Positions 24,630 through 36,749 of a DNA stretch of 64,000 nucleotides are shown piece by piece. Every line of letters starts with the position of its first letter. Position 1 is the stretch's first letter. Location of the stretch: positions 186,001 to 250,000 of the forward strand of contig OZ287078.1 in the NCBI GenBank assembly GCA_965645245.1. Direction: 5' to 3'. The notes under the pieces were generated by a model, which ran no database searches, had not been told where the DNA came from, and saw only the letters and a program-made list of their open reading frames with translations. The DNA comes from Massalongia carnosa. Lineage: Eukaryota. A program made the translations under genes and the position numbers.

Positions 24630-26984
24630 CAAAACACTAAACCCAACCGAGTCAGGGTCTAGTGCCCGACGGTCTACTGACGCATACAGTCTACTGACGC
24701 ACTTTTCCCATTTTCACTACCATTTCTGCTACAAATCGAGGACAACAACGGTTATGCAGAAACTGATTGATTATGACGCTGGTAAAATAGCTTCGCTTGT
24801 CTGGGCATCGATCTGGCGATTCTTTTATACCTTTTGTCCAGGGCAATCTGCTTCTTTTCAGCAGCTAGTGTGGCACGTTCATAGGCCCAGTCTGGTCTTT
24901 TCCACCTCGTTCTGACAACGTTTCGAGGTTTTGGCCCGTACATCTCCTACAGTTATGACCACTCCCTTCTAGGCGACCTTTCCGTCCAATTTTCTACGGG
25001 CCGCCTTCGCGATGGACTGTTGTTGACTGGCTCGAAGGTCCCGCTCAATAATCTGACATGCGCATTGGAAATAGAGCCCTTCACAAATCGATTCACATGA
25101 CAATCCCATTCATTGTCCAGCACGTTGTATTTCTTCAAACTCATTCGAAGGTGTAAGCCATATTCAACCACCTCTTTAGTCGTACGGGGCGTTCTGGCGA
25201 GCAGAGGGGCTGACAAAGGTGGGGGCGGGGTAGCAGGTCTCCGAGTTTGAATTGCCTCCAGCTTTCGAATTACCACATTGGGGTTATAATGCACCAGACC
25301 CGTGTTTCTGAATGACAATAATATGGTAGATGAGGTGAATGTTTGATTTCGCATGCGCTGAAAAATGGACAAAAAATCCAGTTTGTCGAAATCTGCCCCT
25401 CCGAGTCGCACCATTTCATCAATGCCTTCGGAATGATAATGTTTGAACGGCTGAAAACATCCTACATCCAATGCCTGAGTGAGATGTGTTGAATGAGGAG
25501 GCAAACGAAACAATTAAATGTGATTTCGTTTGGCATATGTAAAAAACTCATATGTCATATGAGATTCACACCCGTCCATGATCAACATACGCTAGGCCCC
25601 TACCTGACCCTTTCTGTGTTTATCGAAATGTTTCAACCAATCAATAGCCAAATCATCATTGGAATAGCCGGTAGGACTAGTAGTCAACAAAACATCGTCA
25701 TTCAGATCGTTTTGTTGTGGCCACTTTTCGAGAATCAAAACCCCCGCGATAATCACCATGGGGGGAATGTTTCGCCCCCCAGCACTAATACACTCACACG
25801 AAGTGACATATTCTCTATTATCTGGACCTGTCAATAGCAAGGGCTTTCTGGAGTGAGTTGATATAACCCAATGAGCCCTGCCACAGCCAATTCGAAAGCC
25901 CGTTTCATCCATGTTCCAAACGTCCTCGTCCGCTATTCCCCGCGTCTTTCGCGCAGTTCGATATGCTTCAAAATACTCGAGCATGTCCTATGCATTGCGC
26001 GTGTGTTTCGCTCAGCGGCCAGAGGTTTTTTTTTCACTTGAAAAATTGAGGATGGCGATTGAGGAAACGTTTGATCCAGGCCTCGCTGACGTGAGGGGGG
26101 GGGATGGAGGCGTCTACATGAGCTTCTCAAAGTAGATAATTAGCAGCCCCCGGAACCATTGAAAACCTGGCTGATTGTTCGGCTTGATCGAGCATCACAA
26201 TATATTCACAAAGGGCCAATTCTTGTTCATCAGATAAGGCCTTGTTGGGGCCAAATCGACCGATGCGCGAGCCCCCTCCAGCAAGTCGTCTTTGAAGCGT
26301 ACAAATGTCTACATCAAAATCAATGGCTACTGCGCGTATACTTCGAAATTCACCCGTGTTCTACGCGTTTATAGCATCGACAATTTGATCCTCCTTATTA
26401 GAATATGAGTTAGGCATAGTGGTGGTAGATGAACGACGTGGTGAAAATGGTTGTCATGAAATAAAGTTTGAGTTAAAACCTAATAATTACCGAACCGTCA
26501 AGCGGCGATCGAGGTAAAAGCCACCTGAAAGCCTATTCAGATTCATCCTCGGTATGAGTCTGAATAAACCCCTTACTCCACTCCACCAATCTCCTCACTC
26601 CACTATACCCTCTTATCGCTAGAACGATCACATCCACGGGCCCACTTATCGCTCTACCTTATCGCCGCCACCATCACCAAAATCTCTCATCTAGGGTGAA
26701 GGTAAAACATGAGAAAGAAGGGGCTGGCTCAGGTATAAAAAGAGGACATATCCTGTAGATAGTTGACTCCTCGTCCGACGTCTTGTATAGCAAACCACCT
26801 CCTAGCTATAGCCTCATTAATAAAGACATCTTGATCATCCAATCCAATTCCTAGGAACATTAGTTCAATTCCCAACCCAGTCCTTGACAATGGTAGTGAA
26901 AATGGGAAAAGTGCGTCAGTAGACTGTATGCATCAGTAGACCGTCGGGCACTAGACCCTGACTCGGTTGGGGTTTAGTGTTTTG
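24630..26984 (-). mobile_element. Fot1/pogo-like DNA transposon with ~93-bp TIRs; transposase pseudogene 26417 to ~24800
   Basis: TIR caaaacactaaaccc(c)aaccgagtcagggtctagtgcccgacggtctactga... at both ends; WNMDETGF and LPPHSTHLTQALDVGCFQPFK motifs; frameshifts. Confidence 0.9.
26452..26889 (+). mobile_element. Solo LTR (438 bp) inserted in the pogo 5' region
   Basis: TGTCA...TGACA ends; TSD ATGGT at 26447-26451 and 26890-26894; internal TATAAAA and AATAAA. Confidence 0.9.
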
Positions 26985-27294
26985 CGATTAAAGACTGCTG
27001 AACAGTACATACACTTATTAGGGGTTTTCACGGTTGAGTTTTTTTGGCCAGGTTTTCAGGTTTTCAGGGTTTCAGGTTTTTTATGTAAGCACATTAAACC
27101 TATTTAGGTATAAATTCTCAGCCCTACTTTTCGAAAATTAAACCTGAAATTCCGGACTCATGAGACCGGAATTTCAGGTTTTCAGGTTTTAATTTTCGAA
27201 AAGTAGAGCTGAGTCACGTTATTTAGGTTATCTTAGCTGGTTTATTTTAACTCAATTATTATCATCTCATCTTGATCATTCCTAATCATTAAAC

Positions 27295-27915
27295 ATGACG
27301 TCCATCACTCTTCCAACTCGATCTCGAGGTCCCAATATCCGTTGGAAAGATGAAGACACTCAACTAGTCATTCAATGCCTTTTTATCAGAGACGATCAGG
27401 GTATTTCCGTCAATCTCAATCTCTATCAAAAAGGAAACAAGGTAGAAGCTTGTAGAAGAATGCTGTTGGAGTCTGGACTGAGTGCTCAACGACCCGATGT
27501 ATCCAAGGAAAAAGCCAGAGATAAAGTCGCCCAAATGATTAAATCTTTCAAAGAAACCAGGGCCCTCGCGGATCAGACGGGATGGGGGGTAGATCCAACA
27601 AAACATGAGGTAGTGGCGGAAAACACGCGGGGAATAACCATCAAGGAGGTCTTGATTAAGAAATGCCCTTTCTACTACGAGTTGGAAGAGATTATGGGAG
27701 ATCTTCCCACTATCACTCTACCCTACATAATGGAGTCCGAAAGACCTGGTACCGCTGAAGGAAAAGAAGATGCGGAAGATACGGAAGTTGAAAACATCGA
27801 TGAGGAGGACTATGAAAAACGGGCTCGAGACGGTGATAGCGACATGAATAGGCAGTTATCTGATGCTGGTCATTGGCTAGAAGATGATATCTCAAAATCA
27901 AAGACTGATTTAGTT
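27295..27915 (+). pseudogene. Harbinger accessory Myb/SANT-like DNA-binding protein, C-terminally truncated
   Basis: IRWKDEDT...QTGWGV...KKCPFYYELEEIMG. Confidence 0.7.
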
Positions 27916-28570
27916 AAACGTGCCCCATCGCGTATCTCTTTTTTCTGTTGAAGAATAGCTCGCCTTCGTATTTACCACCTGGTTTTGTATGTAGAACAAC
28001 GTCGGTACCATCCACCTTGCCAACTACCCCGATAAATCCATCTTGTCTCTGATTATTGGTCAAACTTTCTCTTATCCTAGCTCTTTCACTGGGCCATTGA
28101 ACGAAGTCATTCTTTAGCCGACACAGTGCTTCTATCACCCGTTTGGTGCAGTTAAAAACATGCCCTTCTGATATCCCCCACATGGTAGCTGTAGGAAGGA
28201 ATCCACTGGCACTACCGTCATGTCCCATTCTAAAAAGAGCGTATTTTAGCTGCTGTTCCACGGAGGCTTGAGGGACACGAGATTTATTGAAAAAGATGGG
28301 ATCATTTCGAATTAAGCCGAGAACATGATCAAAGGAAAAGCGATTCATGCGTAGCAGACTTCGGAATCGATCATCCGAAAGGTTGGGAAGGACAGCTGAC
28401 GCCCAATTGGATTTGGGAACGAATAATCGGGGAGTTAAATAACGCTGTTCTTGAATTCCTTCTGCTAGAAGTAGGAAATTCAATGCTTCATCCGATTCAT
28501 CCGATGATGCTGCAGTAGCATCATGTAGAAAGTAAAGACAACGCAAATCTCTTTCCAACACGAGGCATAA
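27914..28570 (-). pseudogene. Harbinger (HARBI1-like) DDE transposase, truncated after the first catalytic Asp
   Basis: FRSLLRMNRFSF...GKVDGTDV...FFNRKKRYAM. Confidence 0.8.
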
Positions 28571-28814
28571 CTATTTAAAATGACAAGAATGTCCCCTCGA
28601 TCGAAGATGAGAAGTTAGAAAATAGGTTGGTAACATCTGATTGAATGACTAAGCATTAGAATTAAAATTTTCTAATAATTTCGGGGCACTCATGCCTAAA
28701 CGGCATAACCTGAAAAATAAAACCCTGAAAACCTGAAATTTGAAAATCAACCGTGAAAACCCCTATTATTACATAGTCACATAGCCATAGTCATATACCT
28801 ATTTCAACAGCCCG

Positions 28815-29604
28815 CCTAGTTGCACGAGGATATACACAAATATTCGGCCTAGATTACGAGGAGACCTTTCCACCCACACTCCGTCAGGAATCTTTGCGGA
28901 TGTTTTTGTCGTTCGCAGCATATTTCGGGTTTGAAATCGAGCAAATGGATGTTCCGAATGCCTATCTTAAAGCGGATTTAGAAGAAGAAATTTACATGGA
29001 GATGCCCGAAGGCCTCACGCCACCACCAGGCTATGAAGACTGCGTATTACGACTACGGAAGGGCCTTTACGGATTGAAGCAATCCGGACGAGAGTGGAAC
29101 AAAAGAATATCTAAACTCCTGCGTTCTATTGGCTATAAGACCCTCACAGGCGATAATTGCGTCTTTGTCGACCAAACTTCGCACATAACCATCGCGTTGT
29201 ACGTAGATGCTTTACTAATTTTCTCAAAAAGCAAGAAGCAACGATCAGTGGTTACGTCAACAATGGAGGTAGAATATTCATCCATGTGCCAAGCAGGCAA
29301 GGATATCGTATGGGTGACAAGGTGGATGAATGAACTGGGATTTGGCAAGCATATGAACTTCCCGATCAAGCTGAAAGATGATAATCAGGGAACCCTCGAC
29401 TTGATCAGAAACCCCGAGCATCATAGCCGATCAAAACACATCGACATCCAACTCCACTACCTTCGCGAAGTCATCAACGATGGCTATGCTTCAACTGGTC
29501 ACGTATCCACATACGAGATGATAGCTGATATATTCATCAAGCCCTTGGGAGCAACCATGTTCAAAGAACTACGAGCCAAGCTTGGTGTGCAAGAGGTGGA
29601 ATAA
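28815..29604 (+). pseudogene. Copia RT and RNase H with a large internal deletion
   Basis: QMDVPNAYL, LRKGLYGLKQSGREW; LYVDALLIFSK joined directly to SKKQRSVVTSTMEVEY; SKHIDIQLH; MIADIFIK. Confidence 0.9.
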
Positions 29605-30139
29605 GAAAAGGGGAACACAGGCTCGGTGGGAGCTAATGGACCAAATCAGATTGCACACAACAGGTCCAAACCAGATTCAAATTGCATACGGAAGAGGTGA
29701 ATTGACATAGATTGATAAACGGTTTAGGAGTTAGGGATACAGGTATTTTTTCTGTTAAGATTTCTCAGCTGACTTTGCAGTGGGAGTGTTGCGAATGCCA
29801 AACCAGCTGGATCATATCTGATGCAATATGCGAATGCCTTCGCGTATTTTACTGATACATTACCTAGCACTATCGATCATCTCAACCTCTGCATACTGAT
29901 AGCACGAGCTCCATCATTTATTAAGGTCATATCGCTCGCATAGTTCCATTGATCACGAAGACATTGATATTGTGATCCATATGCTAAACTCCTACGGTAA
30001 CAGGATTTTGCCCAGGATGACTTCGCTCGATAGTGGGCCATTTGCACCTGTTGAAGCCGTCATGCCCAATTTGGCAGGCATACGGTACAGACCGGGTCAC
30101 TTTACACCTCCTGCGAGCTGCTCTATTCCTACCGCCGAA

Positions 30140-31200
30140 ATCAAAACATAGTGGTCCAGAGGGCGGCGACTGCTGAGGTCAGTGTTCGGCAACAAGAAGG
30201 ATTCATCTTTCCTAGCCTTGCCTCTGGAACTAATTCTGCTCATCGCGTCCGAACTTCCAGACGCCTCCCGGGCTTCGCTCGCACTGACGTGCAAGGCCTT
30301 GTTTTCGACCAGTTCAGACTCCACACCGTTCAAAGGACTACAATTCCCCCCCGAACAGCCATTAGAATTTCGATTACCACGAATGAGCAAAGCCCACACC
30401 TATCAGCCTGCTCGGTGGGAGTTCATGCACTACTTGGAGAGATATTTGAACGGAAAATGGTATCTGTGCTCGGAATGTTTCACGCTCCATCCCTCGCGGA
30501 TGTTCGCCAAATACGAGAAATCGATCGTACCGTGGCTCAAGGATTACTACAAACTCAAAGGCTCTAAATTCAGGAGTTATCGGCATGGGAGAAAGAACTT
30601 ATGTGCAGAGAGAGTGATCGCTTACGCTCCTTCGGGAATCGTGGGCCTTTGCCCATGCATTAAGTTGACCATTGGGAAGAAGCGCCAAATTGAGGCCCGG
30701 CTTCGGGAAGATGTCAGAAAGATCTATGGAAACGATCGTCCAGCCGCGGACTTCTGGTGGCATAAGTGCCGACATGTCTATGGCGATATTGAAGTCGTAT
30801 TACAGATTGGGCTGTTCCTCTACGATGGGACGGAGCGTACAAGGTTTGGCATCAGATGCACTACCACGAACACGAACATCTTTATCATGCCTCCTAGGGC
30901 AGGCGATTTGGGCGTTCTCCGGGAATACCGCCATACTTACCCTGCGACATCGTGGAGGACGTCTCCCATGTCCACATCGAAAGCTGGATACCGCCATCCA
31001 GGACTGACTGCGATGTCGCGAAATGCATGTCATGCCAGGGACGGTTTGTGCGTGGTGCAAGAGTATACAATATTGCCAAGATTGCCGTACCAAGGTGCTG
31101 GATCTTAACCAAGCTAAGAATGCCTCTGCTGGCACCATATGCTGTTCATATCGAGTCGAGAGATGTCTTGACAACAATGTTTGGCCTATGAAACGGTCTT
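30140..31200 (+). pseudogene. F-box-like Cys-rich fungal protein, frameshift near 30965
   Basis: FLALPLELILLIASELPDASRASLALTCKAL; CSECFTLH; C-terminal CPHRKLD..CQDC in another frame. Confidence 0.6.
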
Positions 31201-32966
31201 CCTCTTTGCAAGGCGACAGGTTCCACTGCAAAGGTGCTCGCCTTTGCCGTTCTAGTGCGCGTGGGATTTGGGTACAGCATGCCTGGTGGGAGATCTTGTT
31301 GATGTGTTTCTCGGCCTCAATTGTAAAAAAAATGACCAAGAGATTTCCTTGCAAATGTAGGTGCCACTGATGCTTGCATACAATGATTAAGACATTATCT
31401 TGGAGTCTGAGCGGTCTCGTGGAGAACTACGAGGCGATAATGATTGCCGTTGACATGGAAAGTGAATCAAAGGACTGGCGCGATGTAGTTCTACACGGTA
31501 GATTTCAGACTGTACTTGCTCCTTCTTCATTATGGCTTGCAGAGATTTGACCACTTGCTACAAACTTGACGATCGTGACTGCCTATGCAGGTGAGATGCT
31601 AAGGGAGTATAGGGTCCTTCACGTTCATCTCCTTCGTCTTTTCCCTTCACGTCGTTATTATTGTTTAAGCTATTATAGTATCGTATTATCATATAATGCA
31701 AACACCTATGATTATTGCGCTGACCGCAGTCCTCGCGTCTTTCGTCACTTCGGTGATGACCCGCCCGTTCAGTTGGCTCTGGGATCGTATCTTGCCGACT
31801 AAGGTTAAGGACCCAGAGTGCCTCTCCAGACTGCTCGTCCTAGAGTAGCAATCCTACGAGCAAAAGGAGAAGCAGGATGTTCTGATCCCCAGCCTGCAGC
31901 AGCAGGCTGCTATGTCAAAGCGGCCGATTGGTATCCTGCGCTCAGGGGGTTCGATCGGGTTGGGCGCCGTCTCTCCTGGGAGGAGCTTACTTCTGGGTGA
32001 GCTAGCCGGCTAGTTTCTGGTTCACACCGCAAGCATAAGGCACCCATTCTGGATTTGCGGATATGATGAGCGAAGCATTCGGGAATATTCAGCCCATCTG
32101 AGGCAATTCATTCGGTCCAAGATCCTATCCGCAAGGAGTGTCTCTGTGGCCAATATTTCATACAATGTCTATCTTCAGTCGACTCGATCCCTCGACTCGG
32201 GCTTAACTTTCAGTTGCAGCTCAGTCCCAGAATTGGAAGACGGGCTGACAGCATTCATCAACGGAGACAGGAACATTCATGTGATCGCACAAAAGAAGGC
32301 TAGTGCTGTTGTGTTATGCTTCGACAATCAAGTATCGAGGTTCATTGAGCTGGATCAAAAGTTTTATGATGGTGTCAGCCTCCTGCGAACTTATCTAGAT
32401 CAATGCAGTTTTGTCCTCGACTTGATGGATCAAATTGAAATTGGCCGCCATCATGGACACATTTGTCATGCAAATTCGCACCGGCAACGTGCAATGCTTC
32501 CTACATTCAAGCCTCCGGAGTTGGATAACTACATTCTAGACATTTTCCGTTTCTTTCTCCATAGTATCGTAGTAGCTAGTAGTATGAGGGAAAGTGAAAT
32601 GAGGTTGGAGATGGCTTCATCGAGACCTCAAAATGAGACCATGTAGCTAGTCTGATTCGTGTGGCTTCTATCAGTTTAGGTTCTTTTTTCCTCTAAATAT
32701 TGTAATACACATGATTCGTACAATTACGATAAGATCTATTCTATTGATATCAATAATGGATCACGTTATGCCGATAAGCTATCGAACCACGTGACTCTAT
32801 TCTCTTTCATTAAGTCGTTCTCAATAGAGTACAATAGCATCTTACTATTGTTCCTCCTCGTCCTACTGCCTTCGCCCTACTGCATAGGAGCACCGACGGC
32901 TTCACCCACATCATCCCACTACGCATGATCCTTTCAATAGATAAAATTATCAAACCCGAACACTTC

Positions 32967-35900
32967 CTAAGCACCGCCAAAGACCAAAAGGCTTTGAATA
33001 TTGATTCTGCCAAACCCACGCCGGCGCAACAGTTCCCGGCCTCGATGAACCGGGAACTCGGCCACGGCCATGATGCTGACATCCTCGGCGCCGATGCCAG
33101 CTTCATCTAATAGCTGTAGCACCGCACAAAGAGTTTCCCCCGTGGAAAGCACATCGTCCACTACCACCACTGATGCGCCCCTAGGGAGCACATCCCGTTC
33201 CATCTCGATCCGCTTCTCTTTCGAATCGTTGGATGCCAAAGACGAGATATGCGACGGGGGCTTGATAACGGAAACGGTGGGTGGGGGGAGTTTGCCGGCT
33301 TCGCGAATCAGCACCAAGGGCACATCGACCCGCGAGGCCAACGCCGACCCATAGACAAAGCCGCCGGCCTCGCAACACGCCACCGCATCGACTTTGGCCC
33401 AGTCACCGGTGAAGTGGGTTTGCAGCAGAGACGTGCACAGGGCCAGCCCACCCGGCTGCTGGGAGATGCCAAGCACGTGGCGAAACTCGATGTCCGGGCG
33501 TGGGAAGTCGGGTACCGGGCGCACCATATTAGCCAGTCGCTGCAGGTCCTCATGGAAGAAGAGAAGCAGATAATGTTCGGCAAACCTTTTCACCGCCTCG
33601 TTTCCTGTCGTGTCATTGTCGAAGATGAGACTGGGGCGGTAGTCCAAGGCCGTCAAATTCGACCTGCAATTGTTGCTGTCCTTGTTGTCGTCACCGTCGT
33701 CGTTACCGCCGTGGCACCCTCGGCGAACCCGCCGCGTCTGTTCACTAGCTTGGACGTGAACCTCGAGTAGCCTACTGTCTGGCACCAAATGCGATAAGGC
33801 TGCGATCGGCGCCTCGTCTCTCATTCCGGTGATTAGCAGCACGTCCACATCTACGGCGCCGTACACCACATTCAGAAAATGCTCCTCTGGCAGCTGAGGT
33901 CGTTGCCGCACCTGTCCCTGGAAAAATGTCGTCAACGCTGGCCGGTGTTGCTCCTTGTAGGCACGGTTCCAAAGCAGGCGGCTCAGGTCGGCACCGGTAG
34001 CCGCTGCGTATTCTCGCTTGATCGCATCGCTAATGCTGACTGCACGTGCCGTGAGGCTTTTGTGGGTGCATCTGATGAGCACGGGCACCCAGACGTCGGC
34101 ACAATAGTCTTTGCCGACGCAGCTTTCGCCCGTGACAAGAATGATAAGCTTCTGTTCCATCGGCGCTTTCGGAAGTGGGCAGGCGTAAGCCAGCACATTA
34201 CGCGGGTCCAAGCTGTGTTTGAGACGGGCCAATCGCGACCGGTTCGGTCCAAAAGCCTTGGCCGCTAGCGCGGCGTCTCTGGGGTCCGGTCCAAGGTCGG
34301 CGCCGTAAGCTCCGCTACTCAACGACAACAAGTCCCCGGCGACGTTGTAAACCCACCGCACGGCAGATCGTGCGGCTTCGGTGCCATCTTGGTCGCAGGG
34401 CCAGACACCGGTTATCACGCAGGCAAAGTCCCAGTCTCGACAGCCGAAAGCAGTGGCATCGGCCGCAACGTCGCCGACTGCTCCGCCACCTTGCAGCAGA
34501 TGGAGATAGCAGAGTAGCGAGGGACGAGTCTCAACGGCCGCCACCAAGCGGTCGGCGACGTTCGATTCTCCGATGCGATTTAAGAATAAACATCGCTTAA
34601 ACGAGGAGGTCTTGCCGCCGCCGTGCCCGCTGTGCATCCCGGACATGTACATCTCGGTCTCGAACAAACCGACGCCGTCCACGGCCTTGAAATCGTCTTC
34701 CGGCCCCCAAATTGCACCTACTGGCGTGGGCGTGGGTAATGCAAAGGTGAGCCTAGTCGTGGAATATTCGAACATGGTCACGCCAAGATGCAGCTGGCCG
34801 GCGTTCCAGTACAGATACGCGTCTGCAGAACAGTTCCGGGGGAGCTTCCTGGCGACGAGTTTATCAAAGTCGCCGAGCCTGAGCCGCGCCTCGAGGTTGT
34901 CATTCAGTGGGACAACCCAGTTTCGAGTCAAGTAGGTCGGAGCCGCGTAAGCCTTGAAAGTCACGCTGACTACGATGCCAAAGTTGGTCCCGGCGCCTTT
35001 CATCGCCCATAACAGATCGGGTTCGTTATCTGGGCGAACGGCACCGGCTGGCCAGTGTTGGCTTGGTACACGGCCGACGCAGAGGACCTGGCTAGAGTCG
35101 ACGCTAACCACAACGGCACCGACAATGGCGTCGCACGCGAGCCCGTGCAACCTAGCTAGGTGCCCGATGCCGCCTTGTAGCCACAGCCCTGCACCTACGC
35201 TTGGGCGAGCCCCCAGGGGGACTGTCACGCCCGCCGCCATAGCCTTGCGGACGATATCCCCCGTCTTGCAGCCGGCCTCGGCGACGACCAAGGAACCGGA
35301 ATTGGAACCGGAATCTCCTCCATCCTCCCCCGCCGTGAGAATTTTTACCTGGTCAAAGGCGCCCATGTCGACCGACACAACGTTGGGCCAGAGACAGTGG
35401 CCACTGTGACCCCCGCCGACGACGGTCAGGCCGACCCCGTGCTTCAGAGCCCATCGAACGCACTGCTGGACGTGTCGGACCTCTGTCGGCCGAATAATCG
35501 AGGCCGGGTGGTGGACGCGAGCCTCCCGGTTTTTAACCGTCTTATCCCCTTTCACCGATGGCACCTGCGCCGTCAGCTCCGGCAACGTGGTCGCATGTTG
35601 GGTAAAGGCCGCCATGACGTCGGGCGAGCTGAACAAGAGATGGTCTGGGTAGGCTCCCTCGCGACGGCACAAGGCGCGGCACATCTTACGCCACTCGACT
35701 CGGATAGCCTTGTCCACATCCACATCCTGCATGACAAACCCCGCGACGAAAGGAGCAAAACAGTCCAGTACCTCGTCGTCATTTGCCACGTGAACGACTC
35801 CGGTAGGGAAAGAAGCCGTTCGATGGCACACCAAGCCGTCGAGGTGCAGGGCCCCGTCGCGATGGAAAACCGCCACCATTCCGCCTTGTGGTTGCTCAAC

Positions 35901-36446
35901 AAGCATTTCCAGCGCCCGTTCGATGAATTTATGTTTGGGCTTCATGCCGTACATGCTATGGCAGAATAGGATGATGTCATATTTTTCGTCGTCATCACTC
36001 GTACCGGTACCGCTCCCTATGTTGTCCCCCAGAACGAATGGAATTCGATGGATGTCGGACGGGTTTTCCAGACAGGGCAGCGGGGACTCCATCTCGAAGG
36101 TAGAGCAAAGCCATTCTTCCAACCTTGTAGCAAACAAGCCGTTAGGCTCGAATGCAGTGTATCTCCTGACCTTCCGTCTCAGAAGGCCGGGAAGATATCC
36201 AAGTAGGCTCTTCGGGCCTGGTCCGATTTCTAGTGCCGAGATATGGATGCGCGAGTTGAAGAGAGGGGCGAGCAACTGAGATAGTTGGGGGATAATGAAG
36301 TCTTGGTACGTCATCCATCCTGAGCTCCGCATCAAGATATCGAAGCCGGCGCTGTACTGTGTGTCGGATAACGGCTGCTTCGGGGACGACGCCATTGCCG
36401 TGGCTTTCTGCCTAAGGGCCCGCTTTAGGGAGTCGAGGGTGGCCAT
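32967..36446 (-). CDS. Intronless four-domain enzyme (1159 aa): SAM-methyltransferase-like + FAD-linked oxidase + phosphomevalonate-kinase-like P-loop + adenine-PRTase-like
   Basis: LEIGPG / YDIILFCHSMY; VGGGHSGH, GLWLQGGIG, KGAGTNFGIV, DPRNVL; TGESCVGKDY, KEQHRP, ITGMRD; CEAGGF, REAGKLP, VVVVDDVLSTGETL; first plausible ATG at 36446. Confidence 0.85.
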   Translation of the reverse strand: MATLDSLKRALRQKATAMASSPKQPLSDTQYSAGFDILMRSSGWMTYQDFIIPQLSQLLAPLFNSRIHISALEIGPGPKSLLGYLPGLLRRKVRRYTAFEPNGLFATRLEEWLCSTFEMESPLPCLENPSDIHRIPFVLGDNIGSGTGTSDDDEKYDIILFCHSMYGMKPKHKFIERALEMLVEQPQGGMVAVFHRDGALHLDGLVCHRTASFPTGVVHVANDDEVLDCFAPFVAGFVMQDVDVDKAIRVEWRKMCRALCRREGAYPDHLLFSSPDVMAAFTQHATTLPELTAQVPSVKGDKTVKNREARVHHPASIIRPTEVRHVQQCVRWALKHGVGLTVVGGGHSGHCLWPNVVSVDMGAFDQVKILTAGEDGGDSGSNSGSLVVAEAGCKTGDIVRKAMAAGVTVPLGARPSVGAGLWLQGGIGHLARLHGLACDAIVGAVVVSVDSSQVLCVGRVPSQHWPAGAVRPDNEPDLLWAMKGAGTNFGIVVSVTFKAYAAPTYLTRNWVVPLNDNLEARLRLGDFDKLVARKLPRNCSADAYLYWNAGQLHLGVTMFEYSTTRLTFALPTPTPVGAIWGPEDDFKAVDGVGLFETEMYMSGMHSGHGGGKTSSFKRCLFLNRIGESNVADRLVAAVETRPSLLCYLHLLQGGGAVGDVAADATAFGCRDWDFACVITGVWPCDQDGTEAARSAVRWVYNVAGDLLSLSSGAYGADLGPDPRDAALAAKAFGPNRSRLARLKHSLDPRNVLAYACPLPKAPMEQKLIILVTGESCVGKDYCADVWVPVLIRCTHKSLTARAVSISDAIKREYAAATGADLSRLLWNRAYKEQHRPALTTFFQGQVRQRPQLPEEHFLNVVYGAVDVDVLLITGMRDEAPIAALSHLVPDSRLLEVHVQASEQTRRVRRGCHGGNDDGDDNKDSNNCRSNLTALDYRPSLIFDNDTTGNEAVKRFAEHYLLLFFHEDLQRLANMVRPVPDFPRPDIEFRHVLGISQQPGGLALCTSLLQTHFTGDWAKVDAVACCEAGGFVYGSALASRVDVPLVLIREAGKLPPPTVSVIKPPSHISSLASNDSKEKRIEMERDVLPRGASVVVVDDVLSTGETLCAVLQLLDEAGIGAEDVSIMAVAEFPVHRGRELLRRRGFGRINIQSLLVFGGA

Positions 36447-36749
36447 TTTAGTTCGGTATGAGTGGGAGTATCTCGCACTAGGGATGGCGAATATAACTGT
36501 TGTGACCGAGACTAGGTAACAATACACCAGCCCACAAGCAATGTGGATGCTGTAAAGAGCCAGGTCATCGTATAGAAGCGTTTAATAGAGCAGAGAGAAA
36601 ATAGATCCTTAATTTTAAACCGATCTTTGACTACAGGAGGCGTAGTAGCAGACTGAAGGCTTTGAAAGGTGATTATATTGATGCTATCTAGAAGGAAGGA
36701 AGTTCGAAGGGGTCCTTCCGAGGACCTTATTGACCTTATTGTTTGCTAT

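Larger units (their letters stand above)
27020..28764. mobile_element. PIF/Harbinger-like transposon, internally deleted
   Basis: TIR aggggttttcacggttga / tcaaccgtgaaaacccct; 3-bp TSD ATT; subterminal ttttcagg repeats; two convergent ORFs. Confidence 0.85.
24491..28809. mobile_element. Solo LTR (TGTTGAA...TTCAACA) inserted in the Copia RT and itself split by pogo and Harbinger elements
   Basis: 5-bp TSD GCCCG at 24486-24490 and 28810-28814; removing the insert restores YKARLVARGY. Confidence 0.85.
21381..29790 (+). mobile_element. Ty1/Copia LTR retrotransposon, degenerate, with nested insertions
   Basis: Putative 5' LTR TG..CA 21381-21738, PBS-like ggttatgagccc at 21739, domain order gag-PR-IN-RT-RH, purine-rich tract gcagtgggag before TGTT at 29787. 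Confidence 0.9.

Noticed and set aside
31400..32646. Short ORFs between the F-box pseudogene and the four-domain gene
   Set aside because: No assignable motif; the 166-aa ORF has no ATG near its start
33070..36519. Many plus-strand ORFs
   Set aside because: Antisense shadows of the GC-rich four-domain gene
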